From a virus: a DNA stretch of 64,000 nucleotides. A program made the translations under genes and the position numbers. Numbering within the stretch: the stretch's first letter is position 1; the number at the start of each line of letters is the position of its first letter. Under the pieces are notes generated by a model that saw nothing but the letters and a program-made list of their open reading frames with translations, had not been told where the DNA came from and searched no databases. The DNA lies in the IMG/VR virus record IMGVR_UViG_3300010413_000018, positions 64,001 through 128,000 of that record. One strand, 5' to 3'. Positions 56,914 to 64,000 of the stretch are shown here, piece by piece.

Positions 56914-57143
56914 ATGTCCTTCAGGTAAAACTTTTCGTCTAAGACCACCGCTTCACCACGATGGCCTGCCAAAGTAGGCGCGTCAGCCGGAAACTTAAGC
57001 CGTAATATGATTCTACGCGACGTTTGCTTAGAGAACCTCTCGGCTGACAAAATGGACTTCCAGGCGCGCACTGGCGGAAGGATGTAACCAACCGCCAGGA
57101 ACTTCGCCAATTTTTTACGTGTTGTGACGTGGTACACTACCAT
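56910..57143 (-). CDS. Small protein, possible minimal ADP-ribosyltransferase fold
   Basis: N-terminal VYHVT...GYI-P motif. Confidence 0.4.
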   Translation of the reverse strand: MVVYHVTTRKKLAKFLAVGYILPPVRAWKSILSAERFSKQTSRRIILRLKFPADAPTLAGHRGEAVVLDEKFYLKDM

Positions 57144-57830
57144 TTACTGCCACCGCTTCATAACGGACGGCTCGCCGTGCATTGACCAAACTTCGCCTTT
57201 GGGTCCAACGAGATCCATGGCTATTTTGACGCCTAGTTCGCGCGCCACATCAACCGGATATTCCGCCTTACCCATGTACGCAACTCTACGAGTGTTGAAA
57301 GGCTGGTCGCCAGTGTCATACCGGCCGGTATATATGCGAACGCGTGCTACATAACCAGTGGTTTTGTTGATGATTTCGTTGCGTACAATCACAACTTCCG
57401 CCGTTTCAGACGGAGACACTGCTTTTTGGTATGAAACACAGAGATCGCGCGCGGTAGCTAGCGTCGCCCCAGTGCGTTCGCGGTACATTCTGATCGCCTT
57501 GATTACCGCGTTGTTTTTGATAGTTTTCTTTTCTTCTTCGGTCAAACCAAACTTGTCGCGGCAGCGATCACACACGCACTTTGAAATTGACAGGCCATGT
57601 CCAGTGCGCTCGCGGTACGATTTGATCGCGGCTACATGCCGGCCGCCTTCGATAAGTTTGCGCTCTTCTTCAGTGACAGCTGGTGGATTCAAGTAATCCA
57701 TTACGACTGCGAGCGCGGTTTCCCGGCCAACGCCAACGCGATCTTCATATGCTCCGATCGCGGCTTGTGCTTTTTCTTCAGCCAGTAGGTCTTTTTCGTT
57801 TTGGTTTAGTGCTACTCGATACTCTTCCAT
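57144..57830 (-). CDS. Protein with three ribosomal L7/L12 C-terminal-like repeats
   Basis: AIGAYEDRVGVGRETALAVV, AIKSYRERTGHGLSISKCVC, AIRMYRERTGATLATARDLC. Confidence 0.65.
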   Translation of the reverse strand: MEEYRVALNQNEKDLLAEEKAQAAIGAYEDRVGVGRETALAVVMDYLNPPAVTEEERKLIEGGRHVAAIKSYRERTGHGLSISKCVCDRCRDKFGLTEEEKKTIKNNAVIKAIRMYRERTGATLATARDLCVSYQKAVSPSETAEVVIVRNEIINKTTGYVARVRIYTGRYDTGDQPFNTRRVAYMGKAEYPVDVARELGVKIAMDLVGPKGEVWSMHGEPSVMKRWQ

Positions 57831-57892
57831 GTTGTCCCTCCAAACGTAAATAAAGTGTTGTTTCTTTTCCTTAGCGCTTAGTAAACAAAAAT

Positions 57893-58123
57893 TTATTTTC
57901 TTTGCTTAGGCGGTTCCCAGTCTTCACACATCAACCGGGCAACGTACTGCTTGCTGTGCTTGAAGCAGCGTATTACCGAGTTTTTAGGTAATACGTACAT
58001 TAGCCTACAAGAAAAGCATGTTTTATGCTTCGGATTGTGGCTGCAGCCTTCTTCGTGCTCAACCGCGCTACGCGGATCATCAAACTCTTTACCGCAAAAG
58101 CCGCATCGATAAATTGTGATCAC
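57893..58123 (-). CDS. Small zinc-finger protein
   Basis: CGFCGKEF...HEEGC; CFSC...C...C. Confidence 0.6.
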   Translation of the reverse strand: MITIYRCGFCGKEFDDPRSAVEHEEGCSHNPKHKTCFSCRLMYVLPKNSVIRCFKHSKQYVARLMCEDWEPPKQRK

Positions 58124-58401
58124 TTCAGCTCTCCTTTACCGTACTTCTCCCACCAGTCCGGGCTCGTTTCACGTAACGCGAGTAGGTCGCTTTCAGTTAC
58201 GTTGACGCGGATTCGCCAGTACTTATTACCTTCGCCATCAAGGATTTTCCAATCGATAGCCGTGCCCATTAAAGTGGCTTGGCCTTCGCTCAACAGTTCT
58301 TCAATTTGATCTTGGGAAAGCGGTTTTTGTTGATATTTGTCACGCATAAGATTCAGTATAACGGAAACCGGTAAGAATGCAAATAAAAAGTAAACGTGCA
58401 A
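58120..58401 (-). CDS. Hypothetical protein
   Basis: Coupled ORF; start uncertain. Confidence 0.45.
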   Translation of the reverse strand: MHVYFLFAFLPVSVILNLMRDKYQQKPLSQDQIEELLSEGQATLMGTAIDWKILDGEGNKYWRIRVNVTESDLLALRETSPDWWEKYGKGELK

Positions 58402-58406
58402 GTAAA

Positions 58407-58592
58407 CTACTGTAAACTACGCTTCAATTTAAAAATATTCGCATCAGAAACATATCCTTGCTCAGTAGCTAACAACGCATAGGCTACAGCTAATTCTTCA
58501 TCAACTTGACCAGTGTTTCCGCACAACGCACAAGTTCTTCCAAAATCTGCGTGTTTACTTAACCATTCACACTCTGGACACTTTACTTGCAT
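58407..58592 (-). CDS. CxxC-CxxC zinc-ribbon protein (paralog family)
   Basis: CPEC, CALC, ELAVAYALL. Confidence 0.6.
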   Translation of the reverse strand: MQVKCPECEWLSKHADFGRTCALCGNTGQVDEELAVAYALLATEQGYVSDANIFKLKRSLQ

Positions 58593-59423
58593 TTACAGTT
58601 TTCTGTATTCCGGCTCAAACTCAGCAAGACGCGCGCGCATGATCGTCACCGCATCCGGATTGTTATCCACCATCACAAACTGGCGTCCAAGCCGGCCGGC
58701 TGCTTCACCGAATGAACCACTGCCGGCAAAGAAGTCGAGCAGCAGTTCGCCGGGATTGGAGTGCACTTTGACGATTCTGTTCAATATTCCCAACGGTTTC
58801 TGGGTAGCGTAACCGGTTTTCTCTTTGCCGTTAGTAGCTACGATCGTGTGCCACCAACAGTCGGTCAGCGTCTTACCGCGCGCGGCTTTTTCCGGGCCAA
58901 CCATTTCCGGAGCCATGTACGGTATGCGCTCAATCTCGTTATAATGGAACGTGTATGAGCGCGGATTCTTGGCATACCAAAGGATTGTGTCATGCTTCGC
59001 CGACCAACGTGTCTTTGAGCGTGCGCCGTAGTCGTAAGCCCAAACTATTTCGTTGATGAAGGACGGCCGGCCGAAGATTTCGTCCAGCATGATCTTACAG
59101 TAGTGCACTTCGCGATAGTCCATGTGAAGAAATAAGCTTCCAGTCGGTTTCAAAACTCGGAACGCTTCCGCTAAGCGCACCCGAATAAACGCGTGGAAGT
59201 TGAAGAACGTGTCGTTGTAACCTACACTCGGCCGTTTTTTCGTTTTGTAGCGGCGCCCTCCGAAACCTATACGATCGCCTTGAGCGTCTTTTTCCACCGC
59301 GATCCGGTTACGTTGCTGCTTCTTACCGGTGTTGAACGGTGGATCAACGTAAATCAAATCCACCGATCCGTCCGGCAGTGACTTTAAAAAACGTAAGTTA
59401 TCGCCGAGCACAATCGCGTTCAT
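58593..59423 (-). CDS. DNA N6-adenine/N4-cytosine methyltransferase (beta class)
   Basis: DPPF catalytic motif precedes TQKP and LDFFAGSGS. Confidence 0.93.
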   Translation of the reverse strand: MNAIVLGDNLRFLKSLPDGSVDLIYVDPPFNTGKKQQRNRIAVEKDAQGDRIGFGGRRYKTKKRPSVGYNDTFFNFHAFIRVRLAEAFRVLKPTGSLFLHMDYREVHYCKIMLDEIFGRPSFINEIVWAYDYGARSKTRWSAKHDTILWYAKNPRSYTFHYNEIERIPYMAPEMVGPEKAARGKTLTDCWWHTIVATNGKEKTGYATQKPLGILNRIVKVHSNPGELLLDFFAGSGSFGEAAGRLGRQFVMVDNNPDAVTIMRARLAEFEPEYRKL

Positions 59424-59686
59424 TATTCACCTGGACGTCGTGAAGTTGGATCATTGCGTGGGCCACCGCGATCAGAGTTAGCACGTTGTTTTTTATTTTC
59501 AACAATGCACTCAAGTTGCGCTTCGTCAAACCATTGCGCTTCTATTGGTTTTCCTTCATGCAGGCCTTTAGGTTGTACTCCATAACGATTGCAGCCGTAC
59601 AACCAGTGTGTAACAGCTATGACAATCCCTTCAAACCCACTTAAAGTGTCTTTAACATGGCTACCTAATTTAATTTCTGCCGACAC
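59423..59686 (-). CDS. Hypothetical protein (SH3-like)
   Basis: LGSHVKDTLSGFEGIV...WLYGC...WFDE. Confidence 0.65.
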   Translation of the reverse strand: MSAEIKLGSHVKDTLSGFEGIVIAVTHWLYGCNRYGVQPKGLHEGKPIEAQWFDEAQLECIVENKKQRANSDRGGPRNDPTSRRPGE

Positions 59687-59719
59687 AGTTAGTATTTTCC
59701 TTTCTGTTTGATAGGCGGT

Positions 59720-59917
59720 TCAGTGACTGTATTCACACCCGTCGCAGGATGATTTACAGCACGCTTGCTTTTCCATGATCGGCGCTGAGCATAAGCCGAG
59801 CTTCATAGGTTTTTCACAAATAATTTCTTGAATTCGAGGCAATACTGTTGGATCGCCAGGTTCCGCGAAGTACACTAAACGTGAAATGGCTTCGAGTTTT
59901 GCTTTATCTGTTCGCAT
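59720..59917 (-). CDS. Small Cys-rich hypothetical protein
   Basis: TAATG coupling gives a start at 59917. Confidence 0.45.
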   Translation of the reverse strand: MRTDKAKLEAISRLVYFAEPGDPTVLPRIQEIICEKPMKLGLCSAPIMEKQACCKSSCDGCEYSH

Positions 59918-60237
59918 TACAAAGATCCTTCGACCGGACACGTATCTGTGTACCGCTGTTCGAGCATAGCGGTGTACGCTTCAACGCGCGCGGTATGCAA
60001 GCCTAGCTCAATGCAGTAAAGGTCGTACACCGCGCCTTCGTTAGCAGGGTCGCAGTAGTAAGTACGCTGTTGCCGTGCGGCCAGCAACACGTTGTACCAT
60101 TCAACGTACTCATTGTACGCGGCTTGTTTGTCGCCTGGAATGCAGATCGGTTCTTTGTACGGAATTCCGCCGTACGTAATGCTGGATCCGCAACCTATCA
60201 GCAACGCAAATAAAAGTATCCACAACCAATGTTTCAT
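59917..60237 (-). CDS. Small lipoprotein
   Basis: Lipobox LLIGC; SD GGAGG. Confidence 0.65.
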   Translation of the reverse strand: MKHWLWILLFALLIGCGSSITYGGIPYKEPICIPGDKQAAYNEYVEWYNVLLAARQQRTYYCDPANEGAVYDLYCIELGLHTARVEAYTAMLEQRYTDTCPVEGSL

Positions 60238-60264
60238 CGTAACCTCCGTTACTTGGTTAATGCT

Positions 60265-60486
60265 CTATTCGTTTTTATTTGAAGCGCAATCTTCCCAATC
60301 AATAGAGTGAAGTTCGTTTGATTCTGCAGCAGACAGATAACCTTGTGAGTTTTGTAAGAGTTGATAAGCAGCAGCCTTTTCCGGTGTAACGCCTTTACCG
60401 AAACAGGTGCCGCAAATGTTGTGTGGCTTTTTTGCATCCGGATGGAACCCGCAATACGAGCACGGCACGTACTTAGGCTTCTTCAT
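60265..60486 (-). CDS. CxxC-CxxC zinc-ribbon protein (paralog family)
   Basis: CSYC, CGTC, EKAAAYQLL...QGYLS. Confidence 0.6.
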   Translation of the reverse strand: MKKPKYVPCSYCGFHPDAKKPHNICGTCFGKGVTPEKAAAYQLLQNSQGYLSAAESNELHSIDWEDCASNKNE

Positions 60487-60617
60487 ATCAGTGTCATCAG
60501 CTTGAAGACAAAATGTTTAAAAAACATTCCGAATAATGTGATCACAATAATGGCGAACATTAAAGCCGGCCACCTACTGTGCTCGTCTTCGTATCTGTGG
60601 TTTGATTCGTCACTCAC
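60483..60617 (-). CDS. 44-aa single-TM protein (not in the ORF track)
   Basis: GTG after GGAGG; MSDESNHRYEDEHSRWPALMFAIIVITLFGMFFKHFVFKLMTLI; ATGA overlap with the next gene. Confidence 0.55.
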   Translation of the reverse strand: MSDESNHRYEDEHSRWPALMFAIIVITLFGMFFKHFVFKLMTLI

Positions 60618-60828
60618 AGGAACCCTCCAAACGTTTGATGCTGGCTTCAAAGGTGTCTACCTTTTTTCCTAAACGCACGAACTTTCCAGCGGTAGTTCTG
60701 ATAGCCGGATTGCGTGCTATTACAGAAACGTCGCGCGCTCCTGTTAATAGCTTATTAAACAAAATGCGCATAGCTTTCACTTCATCAATGGTGAACGTAG
60801 TGGCTAAACCGGTTAGGCGTTGATTCAT
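60610..60828 (-). CDS. Hypothetical protein
   Basis: SD AGGAG before MNQRL. Confidence 0.55.
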   Translation of the reverse strand: MNQRLTGLATTFTIDEVKAMRILFNKLLTGARDVSVIARNPAIRTTAGKFVRLGKKVDTFEASIKRLEGSCE

Positions 60829-60835
60829 GTTTCTC

Positions 60836-61270
60836 CTAGTACCATAAAAATGGTGATATTTCGACAAGACGGTGAAGGTTACGAATATCCTCTTCCGCCC
60901 ATTCTGTTTCTAAGCGATCGGATTCTGCTCCAGCGACTATGAATGCGTCATGACCGGGATGGCTTTCATCCAATCCAATAAATTCAACTTCATCATCACT
61001 GCCTTCAATAGGTTTAAAAATCATTTCTGGTACGTCTTCTTCTTGAATGTCGTCTAGCGGATCGTGGCGTTTAGGGCGCTCTTCAACCCACCATTTATAC
61101 AGCGCTGTCATTTCCTCCCACACTTTAAGGTGTGGTTCCGTTGCCTTCCAGTCTATTTTTTCAGCGTCGCCTTCCATAAATTCCACCAAGCACTGGAACG
61201 CACCATGTAAAATCAACTCGCGCGGTTCGCAGTAACCGTCTTCAAGATCTTTCAAAACTATAGTCTGCAT
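60836..61270 (-). CDS. Hypothetical acidic phage protein
   Basis: SD GAGGT; ILHGAFQCLVEF...LYKWWVEERP...LHRLVEISPFLW. Confidence 0.65.
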   Translation of the reverse strand: MQTIVLKDLEDGYCEPRELILHGAFQCLVEFMEGDAEKIDWKATEPHLKVWEEMTALYKWWVEERPKRHDPLDDIQEEDVPEMIFKPIEGSDDEVEFIGLDESHPGHDAFIVAGAESDRLETEWAEEDIRNLHRLVEISPFLWY

Positions 61271-61278
61271 AATAACCT

Positions 61279-61716
61279 CTAATCAGGCGCTACAAGGGCA
61301 AACGCCGTTTGAAAAAATTCAATACTGTCCAACAATTCTTGCTGATGTCGTCTAATTAAACTGCCTGGCACCGCGAACTCGCACAACGTGGCTAGTGCTA
61401 ACACTTGATACTGGGACATTTTCATTATCCCAAATTGCGCCGACCAACGCGTTGACTGGTGCGACTGGGTGTACATCGCGTGAGCAATCATAAAAGCGTC
61501 AATACTGCAAGCAGGCTGTTCGCGTAATGTGTGCATTCTTTTTTCTGTAAAGCGCGGCGCCAACTTATTTCGATATTTCCGTGGAAACTTAAACGCGGAA
61601 CCGCGTACTAAAGCCTGTATTTGGCGATCAATAACTATGATGCTTTTCCATCCAGCAGTATGCGGGTACGGGCTAGACATTAGGCGCTCCAGCTGCTTTG
61701 TATACGATTTACCCAT
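61279..61716 (-). CDS. Hypothetical helical protein
   Basis: Ends SIEFFQTAFALVAPD. Confidence 0.55.
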   Translation of the reverse strand: MGKSYTKQLERLMSSPYPHTAGWKSIIVIDRQIQALVRGSAFKFPRKYRNKLAPRFTEKRMHTLREQPACSIDAFMIAHAMYTQSHQSTRWSAQFGIMKMSQYQVLALATLCEFAVPGSLIRRHQQELLDSIEFFQTAFALVAPD

Positions 61717-61812
61717 ATTTGGTTAATACCTCAATCGTCAGATTTTTGTAAACTATCGATAGATTATCGAAAGTTTTTTGTCAAAATACTGCGCGGCGCC
61801 TATTAATAATTC

Positions 61813-62061
61813 ATGGTCAAAAAGTTTGAAGAAGAGCACACCGTATGTCCAATGTGCGGAGCGACTGGTGCGATTATTGCTCCGGTGATGCCTGGCTACG
61901 GCGATGAATGGTTTTCCGGAACGTGTCCGCTGTGCGACGATAACAAATTCATCAGTCACGACTTAGCCACCGCGTATTTACTGCTGGCGGATAACTTAGA
62001 CCAGATACCGGCTGAATGGCGCGTGCGTAAGCTTAAGAAGGAGTTGGACTCGGCTAAGTAA
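61813..62061 (+). CDS. CxxC-CxxC zinc-ribbon protein (paralog family, inverted)
   Basis: CPMC, CPLC, DLATAYLLL; preceded by TTGTCA-N17-TATTAA-N6-ATG. Confidence 0.65.
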   Translation: MVKKFEEEHTVCPMCGATGAIIAPVMPGYGDEWFSGTCPLCDDNKFISHDLATAYLLLADNLDQIPAEWRVRKLKKELDSAK

Positions 62062-62476
62062 CAGTATGCTGGTCCAACCATTCCCACCTTAAGCACATAG
62101 CGGTTGTGATCATATTAACGGTTTCTTGATATTGCGAACCTAACAAGCGTATCGGCGTATCAGGTAGCGCTAGCGCTTCTAATGAGTTTAATAAAATGCT
62201 GAGATTTAAAAAGCCTATGTACAGTTCTGCGATGCTAGACGTTGAATAACGCAACGCATCAATCACTCTACGTAAGCGATCGCACGCTGTCGACCCGTTT
62301 TCGGTAGAATTTGCATATAATCCAGTGGACGGCTTATCTGGGTCAATGTCTAAAAAATGTGATTCACGAATCAACTGTTCGATGCTTTGACAAATCACGT
62401 TACCAATAACATAAATGTGCTGTTGGTTTAATGGAGTTAGCGGGAAACTGACACTAATAATGGGTGGCGTGTCCAT
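62054..62476 (-). CDS. Hypothetical helical protein
   Basis: Ends TVNMITTAMCLRWEW... Confidence 0.5.
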   Translation of the reverse strand: MDTPPIISVSFPLTPLNQQHIYVIGNVICQSIEQLIRESHFLDIDPDKPSTGLYANSTENGSTACDRLRRVIDALRYSTSSIAELYIGFLNLSILLNSLEALALPDTPIRLLGSQYQETVNMITTAMCLRWEWLDQHTVT

Positions 62477-62480
62477 CTAG

Positions 62481-62708
62481 CTACTCTAAAAGATAAATAA
62501 CCCACATCACGTACAAGCAAAAAGCAAATAGTAGCGCGCATTCAACCTTGACGCCGTAATGAAAATACATTGAAACGCGGCGCCACCAGTTGGTCGGAGT
62601 TTTTAACAGATCGGATACCAAGCCAATCAAAGGTAGCACCATGCTAAATAAAATGACGTAAAACCAACGGTCTTGCATCCACATGATAAAAGTAGCTGGA
62701 TCTTCCAT
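62481..62708 (-). CDS. Small two-TM membrane protein
   Basis: Two hydrophobic helices; TAATG coupling. Confidence 0.6.
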   Translation of the reverse strand: MEDPATFIMWMQDRWFYVILFSMVLPLIGLVSDLLKTPTNWWRRVSMYFHYGVKVECALLFAFCLYVMWVIYLLE

Positions 62709-63145
62709 TAACCAATTTCCTTTTCCATTAGTAGCGCAAGCGTTGTTTGTAGTAAAGAAAACTCTTTTTCCATCAACGCGCGCTGCTGTTTAAAATATGA
62801 TGTCTTACATGCAAGCTGACAAATCGTAGTATACGCTTTGTAGTAGCAACTCAACCTATGCTCCAGTCTTTGCATGGTAAGACAAAAGTCAAAGTTACGT
62901 TCTTGTAGCACCCGTATTGACACACTGAAAGCGTCTTGGTCAAAGCGCTCCTTAAAATTTCTCATTACAGTGTAATCCGGCTTTTGAACAACTTTAAAAT
63001 CTTGCAGGTGCTTAGGATACGTGCAGGTTGATAAAGTGCACCAAACCGCATCCACTAGAGTTTCCAATAATGATTGCAATTCCTTCAGACTAGTGTTAGG
63101 CAGTTGCTCAGGTATACGATACGTGAAATCAGTCTTCGTTTTCAT
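62708..63145 (-). CDS. Hypothetical helical protein
   Basis: Start refined to MKTKTDF; ends EFSLLQTTLALLMEKEIG. Confidence 0.55.
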   Translation of the reverse strand: MKTKTDFTYRIPEQLPNTSLKELQSLLETLVDAVWCTLSTCTYPKHLQDFKVVQKPDYTVMRNFKERFDQDAFSVSIRVLQERNFDFCLTMQRLEHRLSCYYKAYTTICQLACKTSYFKQQRALMEKEFSLLQTTLALLMEKEIG

Positions 63146-63581
63146 AGTAAGGTACAATCGGATTAGGTATTTGTCGCTTAAGAGTTAACGAGGCTAGTTT
63201 AACTCCCGCTTCCCAATCTTCCGGTCCGCCATCAGAGCTAACTTCTAGCCAATCACCGAGTAGTTCAGCGGCTACCGCTAAGCACGCTACCACTGCCACG
63301 TCGTAAGGTTTGCAAGCAGTTTTACAAAACATAAATCCTTTGGTATAGGATTTTTGTAACGCCGCGCTACTGAACATAAACGTTTCATGTGCGTCGTCTA
63401 ACAATCCGTTGAATCGCACTAAGGTATCGCTTAATTCTGGCTCTCCGGTTCCATCAAAACCGGCTAGCAAAAGCCCACACGCTTTGACAATTTTTGCCAT
63501 GTCGCGCAACGTTTGCACGTAATTCTTGTGCTTTACCAATACGAACATAGGATTATGCTCCCAATAATGCGTGTATCCCAC
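63129..63581 (-). CDS. Hypothetical protein (GYTHYW...FCKTA.KPYD type)
   Basis: MGYTHYW, AHETF, FCKTACKPYD, VSSDG motifs; SD GGAGGT. Confidence 0.65.
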   Translation of the reverse strand: MGYTHYWEHNPMFVLVKHKNYVQTLRDMAKIVKACGLLLAGFDGTGEPELSDTLVRFNGLLDDAHETFMFSSAALQKSYTKGFMFCKTACKPYDVAVVACLAVAAELLGDWLEVSSDGGPEDWEAGVKLASLTLKRQIPNPIVPYYENED

Positions 63582-63928
63582 TACTCTACCTCCTTCAACA
63601 AGCGCTCGATCTCAACGCGCTCTTCTCGCCAAAGGTTGTAAAATATTCTTACCGGTTGAATAAGCGAAGGTTCGCCATGCTTAAGAAAAGAATCCAAGAA
63701 CAGCTCAAACACGCGAATCCACTTAAACGCTTTTTCACTGTCGTCCGGAGGAATGGAAATTGATACCGCTTCAAGCCAACAGTAGCCGGCCTGGCACCCA
63801 GTGTTAAAATTGTTCCATACCGCTTTAGAAAAAGCCTCCGGATTAACGGCGCGGTACGCCATGTCCGCAAGTTTTTGCACACGATCCCAAATAGGTTCGA
63901 TCTTTTGTTGGTATTCGTTGAGTTCCAT
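63581..63928 (-). CDS. Hypothetical helical protein
   Basis: SD GAGG; TAGTG coupling to the next gene. Confidence 0.55.
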   Translation of the reverse strand: MELNEYQQKIEPIWDRVQKLADMAYRAVNPEAFSKAVWNNFNTGCQAGYCWLEAVSISIPPDDSEKAFKWIRVFELFLDSFLKHGEPSLIQPVRIFYNLWREERVEIERLLKEVE

Positions 63929-64000
63929 ACTTCCTCACTTCACATAGATCGTATTACTCGCTAAGTTGTTATTAACATTTTTATGCACACAATAAATTGG

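Noticed and set aside
58593-59423. Restriction-modification system
   Set aside because: No adjacent endonuclease; orphan methyltransferases are ordinary in phages.
1-64000. tRNA, rRNA, integrase or att sites
   Set aside because: None recognised by eye; the few GTTCGAA strings lie inside CDSs without cloverleaf context. Lifestyle (temperate or lytic) cannot be determined from this window.

Overview
This 64-kb window is part of a tailed dsDNA bacteriophage genome with a contractile (myovirus-type) tail, encoded almost entirely on the minus strand. In transcription order (right to left) it holds: (i) ~64-50 kb, an accessory region of small genes, including a DNA methyltransferase, a DEDD exonuclease, an HTH-metallophosphoesterase, a two-domain beta-clamp-like protein, a protein with three L7/L12-CTD-like repeats, membrane HExxH proteins, an extremely acidic CPHC zinc-ribbon protein and several paralogous small-protein families; (ii) 50.1-46.5 kb, a tightly coupled cluster of ParB-like protein, radical SAM enzyme, T4 beta-glucosyltransferase-like GT-B and GT2, which is a candidate DNA hypermodification pathway; (iii) a four-gene opposite-strand cassette; (iv) large terminase with a LAGLIDADG intein, portal, head morphogenesis protein, XkdF-like protease, scaffold, major capsid and decoration proteins; (v) an ~11-kb block of fibre-like genes plus a GH16-FN3 lipoprotein and a patatin; (vi) neck, sheath, tube, frameshifted tail chaperone, tape measure, baseplate and fibre genes; (vii) an HExxH lipoprotein and a truncated holin-like gene at the left edge. 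No tRNA, rRNA, CRISPR array, integrase or reverse transcriptase was seen. The strongest novelty candidates are the rSAM/glycosyltransferase cluster, the intein with a non-nucleophilic Ala at +1, and a prohead protease whose EVSLVDxxAN strand is encoded on the separate scaffold gene. All family assignments come from reading motifs by eye; no database search was run.
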